DNA of 62,517 bases, the filler included, from Piptocephalis cylindrospora (taxonomy: Eukaryota): NCBI GenBank assembly GCA_003614145.1. It is 9 parts of 9 records of this genome, joined end to end, with 100 filler letters (N's around TTAATTAATTAA, not from the genome) between each part and the next. Parts side by side here need not be neighbours in the genome. Positions count along the whole stretch, not along the records: positions 1 to 6,927 come from KZ988244.1; positions 7,028 to 13,951 come from KZ988245.1; 7 more parts are not named here. One strand, 5' to 3'. How positions within the stretch are numbered: position 1 is the stretch's first letter; every line of letters begins with the position of its first letter. The position numbers and the translations under genes are program-made. A model generated the notes under the pieces. The model had not been told where the DNA came from. It did not search any database and saw only the letters and a program-made list of their open reading frames with translations. This document shows, in pieces, positions 1 to 9,830 of the stretch.

Positions 1-146
1 CCTCGGCGCCGGCGCCGGAGTGATGGTGAAGCCAGTTGGGCAAGCCAACAAAGGAGGGCCCTTTGCGTGGGGATGAGGTGTTTACAGGGGCAAGTGATTG
101 TGAGGGGGAGTGAGTTGAGAGGGGGCGAGAGGAGGTGGGGAGAGGG

Positions 147-244
147 TGAAGGACCCCGCGTGCGCTGTAAAGTGGTGTAGCGGTGTTACAAGAGAGAGTG
201 GGGGAATGACACCTTGATGAGGGTAATCTTGTAAAGAGAGAGAA
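147..244. repeat. Left arm of 98-bp inverted repeat (partner 850..947)
   Basis: Reverse complement of 147..244 matches 850..947 with 4 mismatches in 98 nt. Confidence 0.95.
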
Positions 245-849
245 AAGAAGAGGAACGTGCGTCAAATAGGGATGAAAAAGGGGAGGGCAGGGCAAAGGTC
301 ATTCGGGGTAGACCTAAAGACTTGGCCGAACGGTGGGTCCTAACTGGGCGAGAGGACTTGAAGGGAGGGAAGAAAAGAGGGGATCGGAGCAGGAAATAAG
401 CAAGGGTCTTGAAGGAAAAAGAAGGATCGGAGCAGGAAATGACCTTGTATGGGAGGGGAGGGAGGGACGATGAGGCAAGCAGATCTGACAGGTGGTCCTG
501 GACCCTCTATTTAATCATCAGCAGCGGCAAGATCCGGTCAAGGAGAGGAGGGAAGGGGGAGAGGGAGTGACCATAGGTTGGTTCTGTCACTCCACTCTCC
601 TTGACTAGACGCTGCATGAGGACAAGTCCCATTCGTATCCTTATACCATTGGTTACTACATGTAGAAAAAAAGAACGTGCAGAGTCCTTCTCGCCCAACA
701 GAGAAGGCAAAGGCTGGAACAGCCTCTTCTCCACCATCCAAGCTCACGTCACAGTTCATACCCCGATCAAAAAGGGAACCTGACTGTGTGTGGGTAGGTT
801 CTTCAATAGGCTTTAGACTCCGATCCCGGTTTCAACTCCCGACCGGGCC

Positions 850-947
850 TTCTCTCTCTTTACAAGATTACCCTCATCAAGGTGTCATTCCCCCACTCTC
901 TCTGGTAACACCGCTACACCACTTGACAGAGCACGCGGGTTCCTTCA
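850..947. repeat. Right arm of 98-bp inverted repeat (partner 147..244)
   Basis: ttctctctctttacaagattaccctcatcaaggtgtcattccccc...gggttccttca; ends ~160 bp upstream of the methyltransferase ATG. Confidence 0.95.
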
Positions 948-1108
948 TCCTATCCCCCCTTCCTTCATCCCCCTCTTCACTTTGTCCATACAAAAAGATC
1001 ATTTTGATCAGCTCCCCCTCCCTCTCCACCTTCCCTTCCTTTCTCCCCTTCTCACACATTCTCCTACTCACACCCATTCCACCCCATCTACACGCACTCT
1101 CACCTACC

Positions 1109-2428
1109 ATGGGAAATGATCAATCTAGCCTGGGGAAATCCCCTCCCCCCTCCTCCTCCTCCTCCTCCTCCATGTCCATCATGGATACGCTATCTCCGGT
1201 GTCATCCTTCCGATCTCATCGATCTTCCATTCTTCGAACATTTCGCTCCTTTCAGGATATGAGAAAACCTGGACAAAGACATCGAGCAAAGACCTTGGGT
1301 CTCATGTCCTCCCCTGGACTCTCCTCATCCGCCTCCTCCACTTCTTCCACCTTGTCCGCCTACTCGACCCCACGACCCTCGACGGCCCGATCACTCTCCT
1401 CTCTTCTGACCTCCAAGCCCCTGCCGTCGGTACCCCGACGTGGTCGGGAGGAAGAGATGATCACCTTTGACGCGTTTCCCCTCCCCCCCACACAGACCCG
1501 GTCGATGAAGCGGCTGCAACCCGGCCATGTCCGGGAACGGGTGGCAGCCGCACGGCTCCGAAGCCACGGATGGCGCGTAGATGCCAATGGTCGTAAACAC
1601 CATGGGATACCCTCAGTCCCGTACCCGTTTCCTGTGGACCTCATTGAAATGGACCGACTGGAGCAGGTGCATCATCGTCTCAAAGAACAGCTGCAAGGAG
1701 CCCTGCATGTAGCTCCTGTGCCAGAATGGGGCTTTCAACGCATCTTGGATGTGGGGTGTGGGGGTGGAGCCTGGTCCCTGGAGATGGCCACGGCCCATCC
1801 CCATGCCCAGGTGATGGGTATTGACGTGGTGCCGGTATTTCCTGGATCGACGGTTCCGAGGAACTGCTCCTTTGAGCTCGTCAACCTCCTCAGCTCGAGT
1901 CTACCCTTCCCCGACGCCTCCTTCGATCTGATTTACCAACGACTCCTGGCCCTTTCTATCCCGGAATGTCGGTATGCCGCTCATCTTCGCGAGTTACATC
2001 GGGTGTCCCGACCGGGAGCTGCTTTAGAGATTGTGGACTGTGATCTGCTCTTCCGACAGGTGGGGCCGCACGGGGCGCAGCTCAATGCGTGGATCGAGGA
2101 GATGGTATCACACGAGGGCCTCCGGAGGGAACTTCCCCTGCCCATCATCATGTACCAGACTGGATGGCACTGCACCCACCGACACATACTTCCCCATCAC
2201 GCCGACCTGGCTGATGACATGCCCCTGTCCCTGTCGGCTCTTTCCGGAACTCTAAGCTGGCTGTACGGGATGCGTGATGACATTCTCCGGGTTTGTGGAG
2301 TGGATGAGGTGGAGTTTGATGAGCATTGCCAGGGCTTTCTTGATGACGAGCTTGTCCAGTACGGATCCCATCTGGAGTTTGAACTTGTCGTGGGATACCG
2401 GGATGAAGTGACCCCTCTTCACGGTTAA
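1109..2428 (+). CDS. Class I SAM-dependent methyltransferase, LaeA/TAM-like, with Ser-rich N-terminal extension
   Basis: ATG at 1109 (MGNDQS) inside ORF 677..2428; YPFPVDLIEMDRL, motif I ILDVGCGGGAW, LPFPDASFDLIYQR, LHRVSRPGA. Confidence 0.85.
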   Translation: MGNDQSSLGKSPPPSSSSSSSMSIMDTLSPVSSFRSHRSSILRTFRSFQDMRKPGQRHRAKTLGLMSSPGLSSSASSTSSTLSAYSTPRPSTARSLSSLLTSKPLPSVPRRGREEEMITFDAFPLPPTQTRSMKRLQPGHVRERVAAARLRSHGWRVDANGRKHHGIPSVPYPFPVDLIEMDRLEQVHHRLKEQLQGALHVAPVPEWGFQRILDVGCGGGAWSLEMATAHPHAQVMGIDVVPVFPGSTVPRNCSFELVNLLSSSLPFPDASFDLIYQRLLALSIPECRYAAHLRELHRVSRPGAALEIVDCDLLFRQVGPHGAQLNAWIEEMVSHEGLRRELPLPIIMYQTGWHCTHRHILPHHADLADDMPLSLSALSGTLSWLYGMRDDILRVCGVDEVEFDEHCQGFLDDELVQYGSHLEFELVVGYRDEVTPLHG

Positions 2429-2748
2429 GACACCTTGGATGGGTTGTCTCTTTTACTAATTGCTTGCTTTCCCTCTCTCTCTCTCTCCTCTCTCACCCTT
2501 GTCTATCCCTTCCTCCCTCTTTTTGTGCACAAACCTCCCCCCTCCCCCCTCCCTCCTTTTCCCCAAAATACAGTAGATTTCTTGTTCCATTGACCATATG
2601 TGATTCTATCCATAATATTTTCATTTCATGCCCAAGGGAGAGAGAAAGAGTATGCCATCATTGGAGTCATGAGGAAGGTCCAGGCCATCATCTCTTGCCT
2701 CGGTCCCAACCCTCATCTCATGACCCGCTTTCTCTATTCTAGTAGCAA

Positions 2749-2750
<2 letters not shown>

Positions 2751-2790
<40 letters not shown>

Positions 2791-2794
2791 ACAC
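2751..2794. repeat. (AC)n microsatellite
   Basis: Visible AC run between the convergent methyltransferase and SVF1 genes. Confidence 0.95.
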
Positions 2795-2824
2795 AAGCCT
2801 ACTCAGATGCGCTTCTGAGCAAAA

Positions 2825-3907
2825 TCACCGCATAAAGGAAGCTTCCTGCAGTAACTGAATATCCTCCTCAATGACTTCATCCCCAAGGGTAATGGTGGCT
2901 TTGACGGTTTCCCACCATTGATAAAGGAAGGGTCGAGTAACAAAGGTCTGGATGACTTTGCGGAGCATCCACGGAAGTTGGGCCAGGAGGTCAATGCGTT
3001 CAACCAGTTGTTTCATGGGGGCATGGAATTTGACCTTGCATGGCCGTCCATCCGACAGGATTCCCTCACACCAGTAGGTCTGACCCGTGGGGATGGAGTA
3101 GCCACTGACCACGTCCTCCTCCTCCCCATCGGGTTCTCCAAACACTTGATCTGTAGCCCCGAGCATCTTTCCGTCGATGGCAATCCCACTCTGACCCACC
3201 CATTGGCTGCCCCACTTCTCGGAGGTTTGAAAGGAGATCATGTTGCAGGTCAGACGCTTCCCATACGCCACGGCAAACCTCCACTTGGTGGCCAGGGCAT
3301 ATGGCCTACCCCGTTGGATGGCGTGTACTAGAGTGGCGGTACCATTGAGACTTCGGGTGCTACGGTCCTTGAGGGTAATGATGCCCTCGGACCGACTCTG
3401 CAGTACCCAGTCATGAGCAATGTACGAGGCATCCTCCCCCACCCCAAAGGTGGTCCGACCCTTGCCCAGACGAAAGGCCTCGGTCTCGGCGGTCAGGGTA
3501 AATTGGGCCTTTTCCTTGAAGGAGAGTAGGACGGAGAAGTTGTGGCCGTCCTTGGTGCTAGAGGATACTTCGTTCATATGAAAGGACCTATTGTCCTCGG
3601 ACAGCTTGAACTTGGAGGCGGACAGGTTGGCGGAGCGGAAATCGGAGATGGATGGGTTCTTGGGATCGTAGTACCGGTAGGAGAGTTGGACGTTGGGGCC
3701 AAAGCCGAAATTGGCATATGCCACCTGAAGGAAGAAGAAGCATCCGTCATCCAGAGCTACATAATAAGTCTGAGTCTCTGTGGAGGCCCCCGAGGCCAGG
3801 GTCCATCGGATCCCCTCTGGTCCCAAGGGAGCATCCTTTCGGTCCTCTGGATTCACACCGTCTAGAGGCCTGTGAAGCTCATGTGTGGAGTCGGTGGAAG
3901 AGTACAT
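2825..3907 (-). CDS. SVF1: Svf1-like protein (survival factor 1, ceramide-binding)
   Basis: 360-aa intronless ORF; STETQTYY, HAIQ..RPYALATKWRF, ERIDLLAQLP, RPFLYQW and C-terminal EASF fit the Svf1 family. Confidence 0.85.
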   Translation of the reverse strand: MYSSTDSTHELHRPLDGVNPEDRKDAPLGPEGIRWTLASGASTETQTYYVALDDGCFFFLQVAYANFGFGPNVQLSYRYYDPKNPSISDFRSANLSASKFKLSEDNRSFHMNEVSSSTKDGHNFSVLLSFKEKAQFTLTAETEAFRLGKGRTTFGVGEDASYIAHDWVLQSRSEGIITLKDRSTRSLNGTATLVHAIQRGRPYALATKWRFAVAYGKRLTCNMISFQTSEKWGSQWVGQSGIAIDGKMLGATDQVFGEPDGEEEDVVSGYSIPTGQTYWCEGILSDGRPCKVKFHAPMKQLVERIDLLAQLPWMLRKVIQTFVTRPFLYQWWETVKATITLGDEVIEEDIQLLQEASFMR

Positions 3908-4353
3908 CTTGACTTTAGAAGAAGAGAGAGGGAGAGAGAGGGGGGGCTGGAGAAATGGCAGGGAAGAAAGATGGATATGAAAGAAAAGAAGGAAAGAGAG
4001 AAAGAGAGAGGTGGCAAAGCAAAACGGGAAAAGACGAGTTGGTCACACAAGCAAGCAGTCAGAGAGTCTGAGGAGGAAAGACGTAGGGGATGGTGGTGGG
4101 TGGGGTCCTGCCAAAAAGAAGGAGGGAGAAAAAAGGGGTAGGTGGGATCCTTGGGGTAGGTGGGGGTCTCGGGGTAGGTGGGGTCCTTGGGGTATGCGGG
4201 AGTCTCGGGGTAGGTGGGATCCTTGGGGTAGGTGGGAGTCTCGGGGTAGGCGGGATCCTCGGGGTAAGCCGACTTGACCGGCTGGGCAGCGGTAGTCAAG
4301 AAGAGGGTGGCAAGGAGGGAAAGGAGAAGGGGTGTGGTAGCTTGGAAATGCAT
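3862..4353 (-). CDS. Small secreted protein with (A/T)YP(E/K)(D/T)P repeats; 3' end uncertain
   Basis: ATG 4353, signal peptide MHFQATTPLLLSLLATLFLTTAA, then ~7.5 hexapeptide repeats; TATATAAA ~150 bp upstream; frame then runs into the SVF1 leader. Confidence 0.6.
   Translation of the reverse strand: MHFQATTPLLLSLLATLFLTTAAQPVKSAYPEDPAYPETPTYPKDPTYPETPAYPKDPTYPETPTYPKDPTYPFFLPPSFWQDPTHHHPLRLSSSDSLTACLCDQLVFSRFALPPLSFSLSFFSFISIFLPCHFSSPPSLSLSLLLKSRCTLPPTPHMSFTGL
4135..4269. repeat. 18-bp coding tandem repeat with alternating variants
   Basis: ggggtaggtgggatcctt / ggggtaggtgggagtctc units. Confidence 0.95.
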
Positions 4354-4504
4354 GGTAGTAGGTGTATTGGTGAAAACGGGTAGGATGAAAGTAGGGATGA
4401 GGAAATGGAGCGGAGGGATGCTAAGAGGCTGATCGGGATGGCAGGACGATGCTGGGTAAGGAGGAAGAGGATGTTTTGATGATGGAATGGGAAGGGCGGC
4501 AGGG

Positions 4505-4512
4505 TTTATATA
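4505..4512 (-). promoter_or_regulatory. TATA box of the Tyr-Pro repeat gene
   Basis: TATATAAA on minus strand ~150 bp upstream of ATG 4353. Confidence 0.55.
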
Positions 4513-5561
4513 CTTGATCCCCAGAACATTGAAGCATTCTTGGAAGGGAAAATGACAACGTACTTGGAAGTTAGGAGTAGCTAGAAGACTTGACACCTAC
4601 TGTAGGGCAAGGAGGGCACGTCCTCCTCGTCTCTATCTGAAAAAGAGAGGCGATCAAGGGACTCGAGGAGATACGCCGAGTCTTTGTCTAGTATAATTAT
4701 TAGGATTATTAGGATTAGTAGGATTAGTAGGATTAAAGAATAAGGATCTATTTTTACCAGTAGACAGTTGTTCCCCCTGACAGACAAGGGCCAGGAAAAG
4801 GACCCTGAGCTTCATTCTTTCCCTTCTCTAGACACAAAGACTAGCTTGGTCGGAGATTTTGCGGTAGAGGCCATGGAGATTTCACGGTCTCATAGGGCGG
4901 AGTTTGCGTGCCTGCTTTATTGTCGCAGGGTCACACACTACCGTAGCACGGTGAGTGGATGGTTGAGGAGGGAGGGAGGTATACAGTATGTAGGGGATGG
5001 ATGGTGGATAGAGCGCTGCATCAAGGAGATCGACGAGGTGGGGAGGACTGAAGGAAGTGGAATGGTATGACTTTCTCCTTCCCAAGGGGATCTCAAGGGG
5101 CTTATGACCGATTGGAAGGGGCGTAGTGGGTAATGGAGGTAAGGGCTCCTTCTTGTACTCTTAGTCAAGGAGCGGCTTAGAGGAAGTGACCACTGTGTTG
5201 CGCATGGGATGGTCAAGGTGTGTTTATTTCCAAGGTTCTTTGTTTTTCCAGGGCTGTATCATCCTCATCCCGGGGGAATGGGCCAGAATGACTGTTCTAG
5301 GGATAGGGATCAAGTCACCCCTTGATTTCGGGGAGAAGCGGATCAAAAAGAGCGTCCTCTTTACCCAAGGAGGGGGCATGACAGCGTGGTTCCTATTTAT
5401 GAACAGACTCTCTGCTTCATTCCCATCCGTCCCGGGTCCAACTCAACATACCTTCCTTCAACCAAGATATTTCTTGATATAGGGATGAGCTCTATCTCCT
5501 CTTAATGGTGATCGATGACTGTTAGGATGATGGTTGATTAGGATACAAGGACTCCAAGCCA

Positions 5562-6430
5562 CCATTGTATGTAGGATACTTGGATTGTGGTGACCTTCCA
5601 AGATTTCTCTTTCAGGACATTTCCCACGGATCATCTGTCCAGTTAAAAATAGCATTTTTTCCACGTATACACTGCAGTTTGTTTACATCAGAGTCTGCAT
5701 GAGCCTTTCTTTCCATGGTTCTGCTACCACTGTTCACAAAAGATAGAGAAGGGCGCATTTGAACTCGTAGATTCGCCCTGTATGATGCAATCCGTATCCA
5801 CCCAAAAGAAAATTGTGCTGAATAGATGAAGTAAGGAGAAGGCTCAGATGTCATGTCAGAAGACATCACCCTTTGTTCATTAGCAGTACTCAATCAGTTA
5901 AGATTACAATGGACCTGACATCGCGTTTGTTTAATCTTAGATCAACCAACCACGCTACAGGGGCTTGCCCCTACCCAAAGTGATGGCTGCTGTGGGTCTC
6001 CAGGATGACAGGTATGTTGATTGTGTGAAGGGCGGGGTTTTCTGGCTATTGCCTCCTCAATTCTTCCAAATGCATCCAGTCTCCTTCTATTCCCTTATTC
6101 TCGTAACTATGCCAGTGGAATATGAATGAGCAAGCACATGGAAAGGGCTTCAAAGAATGGGAAACATCATTGATCATGTTTATCGCTCAAGGATGTCTAT
6201 CCTACATTCTGCTTATATGTGTATGGAAATACAGCATTGGCTAGTTTCTGCTCAACCGCATCAAACAGTGCTATTTTTATGTTTACATTCTTTTCAGTGA
6301 ATAAATGCAACGACAACCCTCTTGTATGCGACAGCTTATATATTTGGCGTTTACTATATCTACAAGAGATACTTCCTCTTGTTCCCTCCTGCACCCTCTA
6401 TCAGGGACATTCCATGCTCTTCCCAACTAG
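5562..6430 (+). pseudogene. Degraded processive GT2 (chitin/hyaluronan-synthase-like) relic
   Basis: One frame reads YVGYLDCGD (5568) ... RRFAL ... SEDITLC (5856) ... DQPTTLQGLA (5940), then frameshifted *WLL and hydrophobic segments; several in-frame stops. Confidence 0.4.
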
Positions 6431-6927
6431 ATGACTCACACGAAGAAGGCTCTATGCTCTCTTCCATCCAAATCCTTAACACCATCATAAAAATCTGGAC
6501 AAGAAATCACCCGTGCTCCGGTGGTTACCTTCATGTCCGTATGAAAAACAAAGCTTCAAGTCTGGGTCATCTGACGGTGTATCACCAGCAAAGGCAAGTT
6601 CATGGCCTTCGTGTATGCCACTTTATATTACTCGACATTATGACTTGGGATGATGGACAGGCGCATCAGAGATGGTTTGTCAAGTCTACGGGGGCTCGAC
6701 CCTTCCTGCCTTTCCTTCTTCCCACCTACTATTATTATTATTATTAACATGATCAGATTGACAAGGTAAGGGTGCACACCTCTATATTCCCCCCCCCCCC
6801 CCCTCCCCCCCTGCTCCCCTCCCCCCCAGCTGTTCGCCCTTTCCTCCCCAACGACTTTTCCCCCTACATCCCCTTTGCCCTAGCCTGTCTCCAGTCCTCG
6901 GACCCCTCCATCCAAGAGGGTCTCCTT

Positions 6928-7027
6928 NNNNNNNNNNNNNNNNNNNNNNNNNNNNNNNNNNNNNNNNNNNNTTAATTAATTAANNNNNNNNNNNNNNNNN
7001 NNNNNNNNNNNNNNNNNNNNNNNNNNN
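6928..7027. other. Artificial contig linker
   Basis: N44-TTAATTAATTAA-N44 (stops in all six frames). Confidence 0.99.
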
Positions 7028-8154
7028 GACACCGCCATTAGTACGAGCAACTAGACCCTCCACATCACAACATTCTCCTGGCCCAGTTCAACCCTGAAGT
7101 CGCATCCGCTCCGGAAAAGGCCAAGGACCGTGCGAAGGCCCTATACGCCTCTACCAAGGGCCGCAAGGAGCATGGCACCACCAAGTATGGCCGATCCTTT
7201 TGGCATGGTGGCAGTGAGAGTTACATGTTCAATGCCCTTGAGACCATTGCCTTACAAGACCGCCCGGTCACTCCGGCCCTGGGCTGTGAGGTATCTGAGG
7301 CCCTGAGGCCGCAATACGTCGGGTCTCAGTACATGACTTCCCGAGTCAACTGGGTCGTCCAGTCCTCGGGTGTTGATTACCTCCACCTCCTCCTTATCTC
7401 CATGTCCTACCTTTGCCGTCGGTATGGCATTCAGGCCCGTTTCATGATCTCTGTCCATGATGAACTGAGATACTTGGTTCATGAGGAGGATAAATATCGT
7501 GCCGGCCTTGCTCTTCAGGTAAGTAACCTATGGACGCGATGCTTCTTTAGTGCACAACTTGGTATAAACGACCTTCCACAGGTAAGTGAGGTTATTAGGT
7601 TGATAAGGCGTGAATTTCTCTCTGATCCACTCATGCCCTCTCCTTCTTTGATCCAGTCCGTGGCATTCTTCTCTGCTGTCGATATGGATCATGTCCTAAG
7701 AAAGGAAGTGGATATGGAGTGCATTACCCCGTCCAACCATACTCCCATGGAGCCAGGAGAATGTTGTGATGTGGAGGGTCTAGTTGCTCGTACTAATGGC
7801 GGTGTCCTTTCTTCAAGAGATCAGGACGACCATGAGCTTGAGGCACGGACCAGGGAGATTCCCGTACCCAAGGGGATCACTGAGCCGACCTACGAGAGAC
7901 CTGATCCTCATGATCCAAGAGTCCTTGCCTTTCTTCATGCCCAAAGCCTGGATAAACTTCCCAAGGAAACCCCTTCGAATAAATCTCAAACCACCGGAAC
8001 ATCTTCAAGGTCCAGGACCATCAGGGTGTCCTCAGGGTCCAAGGCCACTCAGACATCGCCCCCGACATCTAAATGGGTCGCCAAACGACCCGGACAAGGA
8101 CATGCGGATATACGAGATATCCTTTCCAGGATGCCCCCTTCTGCATATGCCTAA
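7028..8154 (+). CDS. MIP1: Mitochondrial DNA polymerase gamma, 3' part (5'-truncated); intron 7582..7656
   Basis: [37 protein letters not shown], motif [28 protein letters not shown]. Confidence 0.95.
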
Positions 8155-8880
8155 GGCGATTGCAGGTTTAGAGCATGTGGGATAATTGTTCTATTTCCAC
8201 TTATTGTACTTTAGATTTATCCTGTGACGTTTGATCCCCGTTGTAGCTATTGTTAGATGATCATGCTTTGAGTGTGCTTTTTTCTATGGAGAATTCATCA
8301 TCGTAAAGAGCTAAGATTCGGTGGGCTGAAGGGAAAAGAGGTCATATAGGTTGTTGAAACCGTTTTATTTTCCCTAATAATAGGATAGGCGCTAAAGGCA
8401 TCCAAATGCACAACCCGCCTCATTCGGCCGGCTTGCGTGGTACCAGAAATAATGTTCCCGACGTGTACCCTGTACAGTAATTTTTGAAATGGATACTACA
8501 GAAAACCATTAGCGCACCCCCTCTCGAGGTAGATGACCATGGAATCCACAAGGAAGATTGTAGCCAGCAATGGAGACGGTGCCATTGGGATTCTTGACCC
8601 AGTGCAAGGGGGGGATAACACGCTCGGAGTTGAATCTAAAGGAAGATTAAACGGCTAGGCTATGAGAAGTATGAAAGGTCATATAGGTCTAATACAGGAA
8701 GAAAGGTATCAATTTCAATTCAATTCAATTTAATGTTATTTTTATTAATTAAACTCTCACATAGAGGCTCATTCACTCGAATCAGACAATCAAACGGTCT
8801 CTCTTACATACATTCGTCATCCATTGACTCTGTTCACAAAGGATTTACAACCGACAACACAACCTTTCCAATCCCCTGAC

Positions 8881-9639
8881 TCATAACGCCTCGGCACGAG
8901 AGGACCAGTAAGCTGGACCATAATCCACCAAGATTTGCTCGTGGACAGCAATGTCCTGGATGGCCTCGTAAACAATCTCCCAGTGACCCTTCCAAGGTAC
9001 ATGCATGGATCTGGCATTAGCGATCGGGGTGTTTAGGAGGCCACCCTGATCATCATACCTGGGCCCATCACCATGGTTGACAAATCGAAGTTCATTTCCG
9101 GCATACAGACTATCGACGAAGACGAGGATGGTACGTCCTTGCGGATCAAAGACCGGCCCGCGTGGATTGTACTTCCATGCGTAATCGGTATCCTCGGTCT
9201 TGTTGGTACGAATGCCTACATATATACCAACAGGGGCTCCTGCTGGAATGGCCTGTTCCGCGAACAGACCCCAGCCCACGTCGTCGCTCACCCATCGAAT
9301 GTACGTGCGTGGGTCGGCTTCGGTCTGGCCCTTGCCCAGACGGGTGGCGAGATAGGGACGATACTTTTGCAGGGCTCGGATAGCGCGCAAACTCTCTGCT
9401 AGAGGCGTGTGAGCCATGGGAGCAGCCTTTCCTTGAGGCTGGAGGTGGGGCTGAAGGTCAGGGTCCCACACGCAGGTGGTAAGGGGATAGACGTTGAATT
9501 GACGGGTTAGGTCTTTCAAGTACCAATGGGCCATCACATGAGTCCCTGGACTAGGATAGTCCAGTGTGGACATTTCCATGGTGGCATAAGTGCCAACGAC
9601 GAGAAGGAACAGGCTGCTCAGCAGCAAGGTATACGGCAT
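8881..9639 (-). CDS. Minimal SET-domain lysine methyltransferase with predicted signal peptide (252 aa)
   Basis: MPYTLLLSSLFLLVVGTYA; GWGLFA..I..G..VGIYVG; GNELRFVNHG; EQILVDYGPAYW; intronless; no pre- or post-SET Cys clusters. Confidence 0.85.
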   Translation of the reverse strand: MPYTLLLSSLFLLVVGTYATMEMSTLDYPSPGTHVMAHWYLKDLTRQFNVYPLTTCVWDPDLQPHLQPQGKAAPMAHTPLAESLRAIRALQKYRPYLATRLGKGQTEADPRTYIRWVSDDVGWGLFAEQAIPAGAPVGIYVGIRTNKTEDTDYAWKYNPRGPVFDPQGRTILVFVDSLYAGNELRFVNHGDGPRYDDQGGLLNTPIANARSMHVPWKGHWEIVYEAIQDIAVHEQILVDYGPAYWSSRAEAL

Positions 9640-9830
9640 GGGAGGAGGAGAAACAATACAGGCCTTGGAAATGGAGGGAGGTGAATTGAATTGGCCCCAG
9701 TGACCAACTAGGTGATATAAAAGCAGTGGAGATTGAACACGACAATCCTTCACATCCTAGCCCCTCACTCTTCTTTCCCCACACTCTCCCACCTCCCCAG
9801 TTTCACCGCCCCTACCACCTTCTCCATACC

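Noticed and set aside
677..1108. N-terminal extensions in the ORF track (also before SET, PEX26, GNA1, PEX22)
   Set aside because: Upstream non-ATG or spurious starts running through pyrimidine-rich leaders; downstream ATGs fit the family N-termini better
6430..6540. Minus-strand DLDGREHRAFFV resembling a velvet-domain motif
   Set aside because: Immediately followed by a stop; the DLSVR-EG motif is absent
6972..6983. Regularly spaced TTAATTAATTAA palindrome as a biological repeat or CRISPR-like element
   Set aside because: Always centred in 44+44 Ns; a synthetic six-frame stop spacer
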